Below the pieces are notes generated by a model. The model was not told the DNA's origin and made no database searches. It saw only the letters and a program-made list of their open reading frames with translations. A stretch of DNA of 64,000 nucleotides, from positions 64,001 through 128,000 of IMG/VR virus record IMGVR_UViG_3300026097_000805. One strand, given 5' to 3'. Positions within the stretch are counted from its first letter, which is position 1. The number at the start of each line of letters is the position of its first letter. Of this stretch, positions 54,273 to 63,594 are shown piece after piece. Origin of the DNA: a virus. The translations under genes were made by a program, and so were the position numbers.

Positions 54273-54301
54273 ACTATACTACTTTATTCTGTGCCTGTCA
54301 A
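54273..54301 (-). promoter_or_regulatory. Sigma70 promoter directly upstream of tRNA array 1
   Basis: TTGACA-17 nt-TATAGT. Confidence 0.85.
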
Positions 54302-54321
54302 CTACTATTTTGCCTTAAACC

Positions 54322-54358
54322 AAAAAAAAACCTTCCTTGCTGTGTGCTTGGAAGGTTT
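54322..54358 (-). terminator. Intrinsic terminator of attenuator 1
   Basis: AAACCTTCC-13 nt-GGAAGGTTT with a 9-U tract. Confidence 0.85.
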
Positions 54359-54384
54359 TTGGAATCTTGTTAGCTAATGCTCGC

Positions 54385-54474
54385 TTACGTTCCGCAACCC
54401 TCCAGGCATAGACTACCCGCTGGATTTTCCGATCCAGGTGTCCATGTATCTAATGTGAGTACGAATGTAAACAT
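54385..54474 (-). CDS. Leader peptide 1, MFTFVLTLDTWTPGSENPAGSLCLEGCGT (29 aa)
   Basis: AAGGA SD; codons 24-27 complementary to the terminator 5' arm; codons 9-22 match the downstream tRNAs. Confidence 0.85.
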   Translation of the reverse strand: MFTFVLTLDTWTPGSENPAGSLCLEGCGT

Positions 54475-54504
54475 TGAAAGTTTTTTCCTTATTAACTATG
54501 CATT

Positions 54505-54512
54505 TATTTATC
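54505..54512 (-). promoter_or_regulatory. Late-promoter-like box GATAAATA upstream of leader 1
   Basis: Same 8-mer precedes many structural genes in this window; resembles T4 late TATAAATA. Confidence 0.65.
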
Positions 54513-54563
54513 ATCTAGATAAAAAACACGCACATATTGGCTTATTTTTGGAACTTTGCTGTG

Positions 54564-55160
54564 TTAATATCTCTTAGGATGAATAAATGAAGAAATAGAA
54601 AATCTACCATCTATTGCATCATCCGACTGCATTTTTACCGGTTCTACATTATGTATTAAACAACTGGGAAATAGCACAGTTCTTGCATTCTTCAGTTGAA
54701 TATTGTTGCCTGCAATATTAAAATCTCCACCTGTAAACTTTTTTGGTTCCTTAAATAACCATGTAATACACGACATCAAAGCTGTATCTGCATGAGGCTT
54801 GTAATAGTCGCCTTCATTGTACCTTGATAACAACACGTCATACTCGAACTCACAAAATAAGAATTCAAAAAAATTACTTTTGCTTGCTAAACTTTGCTTT
54901 ATCTGTAGATCATAAAGTTTTTTATGAACATTAATAATATCACTATATTCCGGATTTATCACTTGATGAATCCAGATTCCTTTATTCTTTTTTAAATCTT
55001 GGCCTGTTAGATCAATTGCTGACCCAGTATTATTAGGGTTAAGCAACTTTGAAGACAAAAATGATACTTCTTTCCAAATTGCAGAAATTTCTTTGTCGTC
55101 AAAAAAATTGTCTATAATAGCAACAGGTAAGTCTTTTACTTTAAGGATTTGTAAATGCAT
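54564..55160 (-). CDS. 2OG-Fe(II) oxygenase (prolyl-4-hydroxylase-like)
   Basis: YYKPHAD, FTGGDF, HNVEPV, GRFSI. Confidence 0.88.
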   Translation of the reverse strand: MHLQILKVKDLPVAIIDNFFDDKEISAIWKEVSFLSSKLLNPNNTGSAIDLTGQDLKKNKGIWIHQVINPEYSDIINVHKKLYDLQIKQSLASKSNFFEFLFCEFEYDVLLSRYNEGDYYKPHADTALMSCITWLFKEPKKFTGGDFNIAGNNIQLKNARTVLFPSCLIHNVEPVKMQSDDAIDGRFSISSFIHPKRY

Positions 55161-55165
55161 TTGAT

Positions 55166-55612
55166 TTACTTACTAAATTTTAGCGTATAAGTCTTACCAT
55201 TGTTCCAAAACTTAATTGTGCTATGACTATAAACTTCTCGCTGGCGTTCTTCATATCGTGTTTCGATCGAGCATTGACGCTCCGTACGATAGCCTGTGAC
55301 GCTTTGCTTGGACTGATTTTTATCAGCGGCAATCATACCTCCAATAACGGCGCCAGCTGCCGCACCTTTGTCGTCACCCGAAGCACCTTTGCCAATAAGG
55401 CCACCAATAATCATACCACCTAGTACATCTCCTGCACTAGCACCACTTCCAGTCTGGCCGTACACAGGTACCTGTACATCCTTGCATACCTCTACACGAT
55501 ATGGCTCTTGTTCGATTACAGTTTTATAATGATCTTGTGTGACACCACGAACATTTTCTGCAAGTGCAGGAGTTGCAATTAACATACACGAAGCAACAAT
55601 AAATTTTCTCAT
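55166..55612 (-). CDS. Exported glycine-zipper protein
   Basis: Signal peptide; GDVLGGMIIGGLIG...AAAGAVIGG. Confidence 0.8.
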   Translation of the reverse strand: MRKFIVASCMLIATPALAENVRGVTQDHYKTVIEQEPYRVEVCKDVQVPVYGQTGSGASAGDVLGGMIIGGLIGKGASGDDKGAAAGAVIGGMIAADKNQSKQSVTGYRTERQCSIETRYEERQREVYSHSTIKFWNNGKTYTLKFSK

Positions 55613-55962
55613 TTTATATCCTCTCTATACCATCCAGTATTGTATTCATCTACAATGTTTACATTATTTACACGATCATAACGGAAACTGCGCCATCCTT
55701 TAGCATTTACGTCCCATACACTCACAACAGCATCTGAGACTTTTCGAACAGCTTTTTGAGTCATAGGATCTTTCTTAGTTGCTGGCGGTTTCATGTCTTC
55801 ACGCAAGGTACAGGTCATAACACGCTTGTCACCGTCTAATTTAGTAAAGTCAACTACGAGCACATTTTGTTCTAGTAATCTTTCTAAATCTTCACGTACA
55901 GGAATACCTTTGAGTGTTGCTACTGTCTCAGCGACTTGAGACGACTTTATCTGCGAATCCAT
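55609..55962 (-). CDS. SH3/Sm-like (WYL_2/DUF2693-like) protein
   Basis: [15 protein letters not shown] and [13 protein letters not shown]. Confidence 0.75.
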   Translation of the reverse strand: MDSQIKSSQVAETVATLKGIPVREDLERLLEQNVLVVDFTKLDGDKRVMTCTLREDMKPPATKKDPMTQKAVRKVSDAVVSVWDVNAKGWRSFRYDRVNNVNIVDEYNTGWYREDIK

Positions 55963-56545
55963 TTTCTACTGCTTCCTCTGCTGTTAAGAACGTATCAAAC
56001 TTCATAGTTTCAAACAGTTCTTCATAAGACTTGTTTGCTGTGTTGTGTTTAACATACAGCTCTGTAAGACGCTTGTTGATCTTCTGCGACTCTTCGTAAT
56101 GACGTTTTGCATCTTCAAACTGTAGCTCTTGAACATGCACACTGCCACTTGTACCTGGAGTACCTGAGCTTACACGATGGATCATCGTACGGCTTTCTGG
56201 CAATACAACTCGCTTTCCTGGCGTGCCTGCTTGTGCAAGGAACGAACCCATTGAACATGCTTGGCCCATTACAATAGTGCGTATATCGGGCTTAATAAAC
56301 TGCATAGTGTCGTAAATAGCAAGTCCTGCTGTGACAGCGCCTCCGGGCGAGTTAATGTACAAACTAATTTCTTTGTCACTGTTTTGACTTTCTAGATATA
56401 GCAACTGTGCTACAATCAAATTGGCCATATTATCTTCTACTGGACCGTTCAACATCACAATACGGTCTTTCATCAATCGGCTGTAAATATCGTATGAACG
56501 TTCGCCGCGACTTTCTTGTTCTACTACCATTGGAATTAGTGGCAT
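55928..56545 (-). CDS. clpP: ClpP protease proteolytic subunit
   Basis: [23 protein letters not shown] (Ser), MIHR (His), FDTFL (Asp). Confidence 0.96.
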   Translation of the reverse strand: MPLIPMVVEQESRGERSYDIYSRLMKDRIVMLNGPVEDNMANLIVAQLLYLESQNSDKEISLYINSPGGAVTAGLAIYDTMQFIKPDIRTIVMGQACSMGSFLAQAGTPGKRVVLPESRTMIHRVSSGTPGTSGSVHVQELQFEDAKRHYEESQKINKRLTELYVKHNTANKSYEELFETMKFDTFLTAEEAVENGFADKVVSSR

Positions 56546-56769
56546 TATCGGCCCTCCTTAATATATTGTACTTTTGGACCTTTTGAAGTAAACTCCATTC
56601 CGGCCATATTTCCTACATAAATCTTACCGTTCCAGCTCATGCGTATTCTGTTGCCTGCTACAAAAGCATCAAATTTTTGTTCTTCTTTGAAGTTATCTAC
56701 TTCCGCTTCGACGCTTACATCACTCTTTGTATTTGTAAGCATCACTTTATCATCTACTATAGTTCTCAT
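56545..56769 (-). CDS. Hypothetical protein
   Basis: [12 protein letters not shown]; coupled to clpP. Confidence 0.7.
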   Translation of the reverse strand: MRTIVDDKVMLTNTKSDVSVEAEVDNFKEEQKFDAFVAGNRIRMSWNGKIYVGNMAGMEFTSKGPKVQYIKEGR

Positions 56770-57020
56770 TTCTTTCCTAACAATTTAAGATTCAGTACAA
56801 AGTTTTCTACTAGTAGTTTAACAATGATTGCGCCGTCTGTCAATGGATTTCTTTCCATTTCAAGCACATGAGTTGCCATCATTATGTAGGCTTGTTCTTC
56901 GGTAATGTTTAGTTCGCTCCAATCAATAGGGTCTATTGACTCGCCTTCTTTTGCTAGAATAACCAGGTTTCTAACTGCCTCGTCATCTACTTCGAACATA
57001 TCAGTCATCTGTATTTTCAA
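56766..57020 (-). CDS. Hypothetical protein (start may be ~57000)
   Basis: DPIDWSELNITEE; packed operon. Confidence 0.7.
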   Translation of the reverse strand: MKIQMTDMFEVDDEAVRNLVILAKEGESIDPIDWSELNITEEQAYIMMATHVLEMERNPLTDGAIIVKLLVENFVLNLKLLGKK

Positions 57021-57402
57021 ACCCTATATTTAGAAGACTGTCTGCTAAAATAATATCATCTTCGATGTCGTCTTTCTTTGCTTTAATTGCTGCCATGTCT
57101 GCGGCAGTAAATTTTACGTCTTTGCCACTAACTCGTAGTTCTTCTTCTAAACGAAAAATCTTTTCTAAGCTTCCTGGTCCTTCCCAAATATCATTCATTA
57201 CTTGGTTTATTTTTTCTAAAGGCACTCTACGAATTCTATATTGTCCAAAATACCTCTGTAGAAATCCGTGAAATACACTTGGAATTAAATCGTGTGCAGA
57301 GAAGTTAAATGTCCCATTAAATCCATTTGGATGAAAAGGATCTTCTAAATACTTTGGATTGTTATAAAATTCAATTGTGCTTTCAATATTAGTTTGATAC
57401 AT
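57001..57402 (-). CDS. Hypothetical protein
   Basis: 133-aa ORF with SD. Confidence 0.65.
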   Translation of the reverse strand: MYQTNIESTIEFYNNPKYLEDPFHPNGFNGTFNFSAHDLIPSVFHGFLQRYFGQYRIRRVPLEKINQVMNDIWEGPGSLEKIFRLEEELRVSGKDVKFTAADMAAIKAKKDDIEDDIILADSLLNIGFENTDD

Positions 57403-57410
57403 AGGTTTCC

Positions 57411-57815
57411 TTAATTTACTAGTTGTGATACTAAATTCATTGCTACTGCTGTGCCTGTGATGCTCGAGCCAATCATAATAGCTCTGTCACTCCACGCCAT
57501 GCCCACATATACCCATGCCATACTGGCTACAAGATATGCAAACTGTCCATACATGCCTAGTCCTGCTGAGATAAGAAATACTCCAGCTACTGCTAAAATT
57601 GTAGCAGTCCACTTAACATACCAGTCCGGTGTTCCTGTAGGCGTAGTAGGTGTTAGATCCTCTACTTCTGTTTGTAGTTCTGCAAGTTCTTCTTTGAGGC
57701 GTTTGCGTTCTTTAGAAAGTTCCATTGCAAGATTGCGAGCTCTACTTTCAGAACTTGCTTCCTTGTATTCTTCTTTAGCTATTTCTTGTGTTTCAGACAA
57801 TTTGTTCGATCTCAT
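57411..57815 (-). CDS. Coiled-coil plus small membrane domain protein
   Basis: DWYVKWTAT followed by three TM helices. Confidence 0.7.
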   Translation of the reverse strand: MRSNKLSETQEIAKEEYKEASSESRARNLAMELSKERKRLKEELAELQTEVEDLTPTTPTGTPDWYVKWTATILAVAGVFLISAGLGMYGQFAYLVASMAWVYVGMAWSDRAIMIGSSITGTAVAMNLVSQLVN

Positions 57816-58503
57816 ATTTTGCGCCTAGTGCGTAGACATTGTAATCATAACCTATAACTTTTGTTATACTGCCGGTTTCGCTTTTAATATTAACTTTACC
57901 TTGTTGTGCAAGAAACTGCCAAGCAGCCAATCCCATGTCAGTCAGCGGAAACTGTAGCCTTACAAGATAGTTGTCGGGTGTACGCCAATACTGTATGTCC
58001 AGCTTGCTACGGCTGCTTCTACGCTTTACTGTGCCTACATATTCAATAGTAGTATGCAAGCCGTGTTGCTGTTTATTGGGCAAGCTGGTGTGTGCATTAA
58101 AGATAGCTTCTGTTGCCTTGTCTTCTTCATAGAAGTCAGGCAGCTTCAACAACGGACTAACACTGTCCTTGTTGACGCGACGAGGCGATTCAATCAAGTC
58201 ATCCACAGCCAACATAAACTTTGAAATACGTGTATTCTGTAGGCGCCGCATTAGAATCTTGTTGCGAAAGTGCTTGCGCACAACAATAGCTCGTTCTCTA
58301 TCTTCTGCTTCGATAGTATCTTTAATAGAGGTATAGCCATGCAATACTTCTGCAATCTCACTATATTGGTTGCCTGTGCGAAGCATAGCACACACTATTG
58401 CCAGAGGATCGTTATCAAACTCTAGATACACGGGCTCTGAAAGGCCTGCCTGTGCTTGATTACAATCCCACTCAGTCCACTCGTCTATCGCGACTGTGTT
58501 CAT
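57793..58503 (-). CDS. Hypothetical protein
   Basis: Start reassigned to MNTVAID at 58503, just after the upstream stop. Confidence 0.7.
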   Translation of the reverse strand: MNTVAIDEWTEWDCNQAQAGLSEPVYLEFDNDPLAIVCAMLRTGNQYSEIAEVLHGYTSIKDTIEAEDRERAIVVRKHFRNKILMRRLQNTRISKFMLAVDDLIESPRRVNKDSVSPLLKLPDFYEEDKATEAIFNAHTSLPNKQQHGLHTTIEYVGTVKRRSSRSKLDIQYWRTPDNYLVRLQFPLTDMGLAAWQFLAQQGKVNIKSETGSITKVIGYDYNVYALGAKYEIEQIV

Positions 58504-58504
58504 T

Positions 58505-59224
58505 TTAGTCCCAAAGATTTTCGTAGTATTTGCCAAAGAGCCTAAAGCCATTTGAAATCCTTTCTTGATATTTCTTTCTACCTTCCCAATCATACTCTTT
58601 GGTATCATTAGGTCCACGAACCATTTCACTCATACCACCTTTAAGTGTCTTGAACTGAATATCACTTTCGCCTGTTTCAAACTGATCTTCCCAACTATCA
58701 TCTAGTTTGCTTTCAAACGCAAAAATCATTTCGTCCAGTACCCAGTCCCAACGTTCAAAGAACTTTTCGTCTGTAGTACCGTCGTACTCGTATTTCCTCG
58801 TATCAATCTCGTTAGCTCTCAAAGACTCAGGCACATCTTCCATATCTACGTTAGGAGCACCGTGCTTGGTTGCTTTTAGCTGTACAAGCATGGGCAAGAT
58901 AATGTGTGCAAGTGTTTCATCCATGCTCCAAGTGTCCCAGCGATCAATATGCACTTGAATCTTACGCTGCTTCTTTGAGTGTGCCCAGCTTAGGAAACGT
59001 GCTAGCAGAGTTTCGTGACGATTACGATCCCACCCATGTATTTCACCTACTTTAGGATCTGGCTCTACACTACCGTGAGCCAGCCATTCACCAAAGTTGT
59101 GTACCCAGTCTGGCTTACGGGGAATGCCATATTCGTCTTCTACTGGCTTTGCCCAAAAGCAAAGTTTTTCAGCGAGCTGATATGGGCCGATCCAGTTTGT
59201 GTATGGTCCTATACGTACTTTCAT
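58505..59224 (-). CDS. T4-like phage hypothetical protein
   Basis: DTWSMDETLAHII.PML.QLK, WDWVLDEMIFAFE, FGKYYENLWD. Confidence 0.8.
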   Translation of the reverse strand: MKVRIGPYTNWIGPYQLAEKLCFWAKPVEDEYGIPRKPDWVHNFGEWLAHGSVEPDPKVGEIHGWDRNRHETLLARFLSWAHSKKQRKIQVHIDRWDTWSMDETLAHIILPMLVQLKATKHGAPNVDMEDVPESLRANEIDTRKYEYDGTTDEKFFERWDWVLDEMIFAFESKLDDSWEDQFETGESDIQFKTLKGGMSEMVRGPNDTKEYDWEGRKKYQERISNGFRLFGKYYENLWD

Positions 59225-59305
59225 TTCTTGTTCCTTGTTGTACACTTGCCGCTCATGCACATTGAACAATAGTGCTTGCGGTCTTCATGCTCGAATCCAT
59301 AAGCT

Positions 59306-59334
59306 ATTATAACATCACATCCGTCACAGAGCAA
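59306..59334 (-). promoter_or_regulatory. Sigma70-type promoter
   Basis: TTGCTC-17 nt-TATAAT. Confidence 0.65.
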
Positions 59335-59371
59335 GGCCCCACGGCCTCCATTAAATTTAACTTGTGCAACT

Positions 59372-59596
59372 TTATATTGCTTCGTCATAATTAACTACCT
59401 TGACATTGCGTTCTTTGCCTTCGATGGTAAATGTTCTTGCATACTCTAATGCATCGTTGATGTCGTCAAACAACACAGGACGCAGGTCCCACATGTCACA
59501 CGACCCTGTGTCTTCTGTGACAAAGATCCAATCGTCTTTGCCGTCCAAACATACCATTATCGCCCAAGGTTGATCTGTGTAATCTTCAAGACTCAT
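59372..59596 (-). CDS. Hypothetical protein
   Basis: Start reassigned to MSLEDY; DWIFVTEDTG. Confidence 0.65.
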   Translation of the reverse strand: MSLEDYTDQPWAIMVCLDGKDDWIFVTEDTGSCDMWDLRPVLFDDINDALEYARTFTIEGKERNVKVVNYDEAI

Positions 59597-59741
59597 TCCA
59601 GGTAAATCCACAAAAATAATCGCCTCTAGGGCATTGTCCGTTATTAAATCCAATATCTCGATTCTCGCCGCCACCTAGAAATGCAAATACACCTCCAGTT
59701 GCGCCAAACATCAATACCATTCCAATTATTACTTCTTTCAT
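59586..59741 (-). CDS. 51-aa exported peptide (not in ORF track)
   Basis: MKEVIIGMVLMFGATGGVFAFLGG...CPRGDYFC; ATGA overlap. Confidence 0.55.
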   Translation of the reverse strand: MKEVIIGMVLMFGATGGVFAFLGGGENRDIGFNNGQCPRGDYFCGFTWNES

Positions 59742-59893
59742 ACGCCTGCCTCTTTTCTCAGTTCTTCTGCTCGTTCCATTAGGAAACTGTACTGCTTGAT
59801 GTCACCGTTTCGCTGTGCCTTTTGAGCAACTTCCAGTGTTTCCAAATACTTTTTCTTTGCTTTTTCTTTAGGCGATTTAAATAGTCCAAACAT
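59738..59893 (-). CDS. 51-aa hypothetical protein (not in ORF track)
   Basis: MFGLFKSPKEKAKKKY...AQRNGDIKQYS; TAATG-coupled. Confidence 0.65.
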   Translation of the reverse strand: MFGLFKSPKEKAKKKYLETLEVAQKAQRNGDIKQYSFLMERAEELRKEAGV

Positions 59894-60192
59894 TATCCTT
59901 CCTTCTCTAAATCCCACTGTACCTTATTAGGTGGTGCTGGAGGAGTTCTTGACTTCTCCTTGGTGAATACATAAAAAGTAAAGAACAAACAAGTAAGAAG
60001 CACGGTGTGTCCAATAATGTTGTATCCAATAAACAGTAGTTCTGCTGTGTAGATACCAAAGCCGATACACCACATTGCCGCAAGTAGATTGCTTGCTAAG
60101 AACTTGTATTCCATAGGACTGTTGCGTAGTCCGTTCTTTGTAGCATCCAAGATGCCGTAGGCAAAAGTGCCCAAGTTAATCCAACCTCTCAT
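59893..60192 (-). CDS. Small membrane protein
   Basis: LAAMWCIGFGIY with two TM helices. Confidence 0.7.
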   Translation of the reverse strand: MRGWINLGTFAYGILDATKNGLRNSPMEYKFLASNLLAAMWCIGFGIYTAELLFIGYNIIGHTVLLTCLFFTFYVFTKEKSRTPPAPPNKVQWDLEKEG

Positions 60193-61346
60193 TTTAAAAT
60201 CTCCACGATTCTTTCTGCTAATTGTTTAAACCATTCAGCATCCTTGCCCCGTGTAGTCTCTGCGGCTGTGCCAATTCTAATACCACTTGTTTCTACAAAC
60301 GAACGTGGATCATTTGGTACGCCATTCTTGTTTACTGTGATGCCATTCTCTTCCAATAAGTCTGCGGCTTCACGACCTGAATGTTTACTTTCACTCAAGT
60401 CAAGTAATAGTATATGCGAATCCGTGCCTCCTGTCAAGAGTTTAAAGCCATTATCTACAAATACTCTTGCCATTGCTTGTGCATTGTGTACAACACGACT
60501 TGCATAGTCAATAAACTCGTCTGTGTTTGCTTCTGCGAATGCCTGTGCTTTTGCGGCAACAATGTTCATCAATGGTCCGCCCTGTGTGCCTGGGAAGATT
60601 GCTGAGTTTATCTTTTTAGTAAAGAACTCATCGTTCCAAAGAATAATGCCGCCGCGAGGCCCACGCAAAGTTTTGTGTGTTGTGCTTGTGACAACATCTG
60701 CATAATCACAGGGATTAGGATATGCTTTGCCAGCAATCAAGCCACTGTAATGTGCCATATCAACCATAAAGATTGCGCCTACTTGATCTGCAATATGACG
60801 CATTTCTTCCCAGTCAATGCGGCGTGGATATGCACTTGCCCCTGCAATAATCATAGCAGGTTCTACTTCCAGTGCTTGTTTCATAATAGCATCATAGTCT
60901 AACCAACCTTCATCGTTTACACCATAACTGTGTGCTTCAAACCATTTGCCACTTACATTCGCTGGTGATCCGTGTGATAAATGTCCACCACTTGCCAAGT
61001 CCATTCCTAGGATTTTATCACCTGGTTGTAAAAATGCTTTGAACACAGCAAGGTTAGCGTTAGCACCTGAATGCGGTTGAACATTGGCAAATTCACATCC
61101 ATACAGTTCTTTGAGTTCGTCAATGGCAAGTTGCTCAACCTCATCCATGTGCTCGCAACCATTGTAGTATCGCTTGCCTGGATAACCTTCTGCATACTTG
61201 TTGGTAAACACACTACCGCACAATTGCATAACTGCTTCACTTGCAAAGTTTTCACTGGCAATAAGTTCTACTGTTTGATACTGTCTGTCTGTTTCTTTTG
61301 CAAGAATGTTATTGATTCTTTGATCCATTGTTTTTCCTTTGTTCAT
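60189..61346 (-). CDS. glyA: Serine hydroxymethyltransferase (start possibly 61328)
   Basis: LIASENF, YAEGYPGKRYYNGC, GGHLSHG, TTHKTLRGPRGG, FPGTQGGP. Confidence 0.97.
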   Translation of the reverse strand: MNKGKTMDQRINNILAKETDRQYQTVELIASENFASEAVMQLCGSVFTNKYAEGYPGKRYYNGCEHMDEVEQLAIDELKELYGCEFANVQPHSGANANLAVFKAFLQPGDKILGMDLASGGHLSHGSPANVSGKWFEAHSYGVNDEGWLDYDAIMKQALEVEPAMIIAGASAYPRRIDWEEMRHIADQVGAIFMVDMAHYSGLIAGKAYPNPCDYADVVTSTTHKTLRGPRGGIILWNDEFFTKKINSAIFPGTQGGPLMNIVAAKAQAFAEANTDEFIDYASRVVHNAQAMARVFVDNGFKLLTGGTDSHILLLDLSESKHSGREAADLLEENGITVNKNGVPNDPRSFVETSGIRIGTAAETTRGKDAEWFKQLAERIVEILK

Positions 61347-61578
61347 AGTCGTGCATTAGTACAGTTAGCTCATCTAACTCATTGCCGCTTTGTATTACTT
61401 CTGGACACTTCCTTGATATCATGTCTAAATCGTAAGGACGGGGATAATGTCGCAGACAACTACGTGCCATGTTTCTAACTTCTCTAGACACTCGCGGTGT
61501 CTTCTTAGGATCGCACAAGTCCAACAGAAACTTTTCTGTGTACCGTAAACTGTTGTAGCGTTCACATGGCAATGTCAT
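61309..61578 (-). CDS. Small phage hypothetical protein
   Basis: MTLPCERY...TPRV...LRHYP. Confidence 0.7.
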   Translation of the reverse strand: MTLPCERYNSLRYTEKFLLDLCDPKKTPRVSREVRNMARSCLRHYPRPYDLDMISRKCPEVIQSGNELDELTVLMHDYEQRKNNGSKNQ

Positions 61579-61906
61579 ATGATGTATTCCTTGTAGTGTC
61601 AAATTTTAGACTCATAAAAGTATAGTCTTTAGGGCGTAAATATCCTGTGAGGACATATTTAGCAGTATAGCCTGACATATTTTTAATCAGAGCCCATTCA
61701 TGTTCGCGAGCACGATCCATCACAAACTGTGCCAGTTCTGGATATCTGATAAAGAATTCTTCTACTGCTCGCCGTTCGTTATTCTTTTTTACTTGATCTA
61801 TATATGTCTCTGGATCTTCGTTATGAAATATTTCTAGAGGTAGTGAAATACTGCGGTACAATATACGCTGTTCATACACTTCATCGTTGATGATTTTACA
61901 TCTCAT
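61562..61906 (-). CDS. Hypothetical protein
   Basis: Packed operon. Confidence 0.6.
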   Translation of the reverse strand: MRCKIINDEVYEQRILYRSISLPLEIFHNEDPETYIDQVKKNNERRAVEEFFIRYPELAQFVMDRAREHEWALIKNMSGYTAKYVLTGYLRPKDYTFMSLKFDTTRNTSYDIAM

Positions 61907-62087
61907 TGCTTTTGCTATTCTTCATCCAATCCATAAACAACTTGTAAGCCTCGCCTGCATCGTCAATGGTCTCGCCTTTGTAATGGAAGCCCTTGTCGTC
62001 TAATCGTAGAACTTCTGTTTTGTCTTTGAAAAATCTAAACTCATTTTTTGGTTCAATGTGAAATGTATATACTTCTTCATTACTCAT
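61896..62087 (-). CDS. Hypothetical protein
   Basis: EVLRLDDKGFHYKGE.I.DAGEAY. Confidence 0.7.
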   Translation of the reverse strand: MSNEEVYTFHIEPKNEFRFFKDKTEVLRLDDKGFHYKGETIDDAGEAYKLFMDWMKNSKSNEM

Positions 62088-62287
62088 TGTTTATCTCCTG
62101 TTCGAGCACAAAAAATTCCCTCACCAACACGACCACATTCAATCTTACCTTGCCAATGCTGTGCCGCACCGTAGTTGATGTAGCGTTGTTTGCTATTAAA
62201 TTCGCCAGCCTTGTAAGAAAGTAAAGCGGCAACTATTACCGCAGGTGCGGCGATAGCGACAATCTGTAACTTACTAATTGTTTCCAT
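62084..62287 (-). CDS. Small membrane protein
   Basis: N-terminal TM; 4-nt overlap. Confidence 0.6.
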   Translation of the reverse strand: METISKLQIVAIAAPAVIVAALLSYKAGEFNSKQRYINYGAAQHWQGKIECGRVGEGIFCARTGDKQ

Positions 62288-62291
62288 TACT

Positions 62292-62678
62292 TTAAGATAA
62301 CCCCGCGATTAATTTGTAGTTATTCCACGCCTTTTGTGCCGCAGGATTTGTAGCAATTTCTTCTTCTGGAGCAAATGTATCTAACCAGTAGTAGGGCAAG
62401 CGTCTAGGATGAGCACCAAACTGTCGTGGCTGATGCAGTTTACCGCCTTCGTAAAGTTCAACAAGAATGTCTCGCATCGCTTGCTCTTGTTCTTCTAAGC
62501 CTGCCCACTCTGGGTTGCTCATGCCACCATAGAGATAGCCTTGCCAAAGACCGTCCCAGTGACTTTCATTATGCGGGTCTACATCTGTGCGAGCAACGAT
62601 TACTAGCACATCTTCAATGTCTACCTTTTCCTCTAATATGTCTCGCATACAACGTGATAGGCTCAATCCAATTTTCAT
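62292..62678 (-). CDS. Phage hypothetical protein
   Basis: MKIGLSLSRCMRDI, GKLHQPRQFGA. Confidence 0.75.
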   Translation of the reverse strand: MKIGLSLSRCMRDILEEKVDIEDVLVIVARTDVDPHNESHWDGLWQGYLYGGMSNPEWAGLEEQEQAMRDILVELYEGGKLHQPRQFGAHPRRLPYYWLDTFAPEEEIATNPAAQKAWNNYKLIAGLS

Positions 62679-62977
62679 GACTTCTTCCTTTTGGGATTAT
62701 TGTTGGCGATAAGGTCCCCCAATCCAGCTTCCTGTGCCATACTACTTTTGTAGCCATTCTTCAAACTGTTAAGTCTAGAATAGTCTACACCTTTTTTAGT
62801 TTCAATGGCTTTTTGTACAGCGAACAATTCGTTGTCACGTTCTTGTCCGTTGCGTTTTTGCTTTTGCTCTAGTACAATTTCATACAACTTATAAAGTTCT
62901 GCATCAGAAAGTTTGCGAATCATTTCGTATGCTTCTTTGTCGTAGTTGCGTGTATCTACGTGTACTGCTCGTCTCAT
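62675..62977 (-). CDS. Hypothetical protein
   Basis: 4-nt overlaps with neighbours. Confidence 0.65.
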   Translation of the reverse strand: MRRAVHVDTRNYDKEAYEMIRKLSDAELYKLYEIVLEQKQKRNGQERDNELFAVQKAIETKKGVDYSRLNSLKNGYKSSMAQEAGLGDLIANNNPKRKKS

Positions 62978-63468
62978 ACGTCATCTCGTTTGTCAATAAA
63001 CACTTTTAGTGTGCGATCGTCATCTTGAAGATTATACTTGATCCTTTCGCCTTGATCTTTGTGTAAGTACTTTACATATGCTCGCCCAGAGTCGTCAATC
63101 ACTTCAAAGCGAGTCACACCTTTCATACGCTGTAATTCTTCACCGTCAAAGATAGCATTGTGAATAGCCATATAACCACAGTTCATACCATGCATATACA
63201 TGCCTGGATCAAAGCCAAACACATCGTACAGTGCCCAACGATACGTGCCGTTATCTATGCCATCTGCCTGCCATATACGCTTACACACAGCATAAAACGC
63301 ATCTTCACGTTCTTTCTCAGAGAGTCCATTCCACCAGGCATCATTGTCTGCTTCATGTTTTTTGCGAGACTTTTCCATTTCTTGCTGTAATTTTGCAAGA
63401 CCGTCTAGTGCTCGTTCTTGCTTTTCGTGTTCATCTGCCATTTCGTTAAGATCCACCATCTTGTTCAC
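62974..63468 (-). CDS. Phage hypothetical protein
   Basis: GTYRWALYDVFGF; TRFEVIDDSGRAYV...LQDDDRTLKVFI. Confidence 0.75.
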   Translation of the reverse strand: MNKMVDLNEMADEHEKQERALDGLAKLQQEMEKSRKKHEADNDAWWNGLSEKEREDAFYAVCKRIWQADGIDNGTYRWALYDVFGFDPGMYMHGMNCGYMAIHNAIFDGEELQRMKGVTRFEVIDDSGRAYVKYLHKDQGERIKYNLQDDDRTLKVFIDKRDDV

Positions 63469-63594
63469 GTTCCTTAAAATATGCAGTTCCTTCTACTACT
63501 AGTATGGTCATCCCTGCTACTATAAGAAATACATTGTCGTATGTCCAGCCTGTAAACAATCCTAAATAACCTACAAGCATACCTGTTGTTCTAG

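Noticed and set aside
59334-59350. GGCC hairpin as a terminator
   Set aside because: Short stem with no U-tract on either strand; it abuts a promoter -35.
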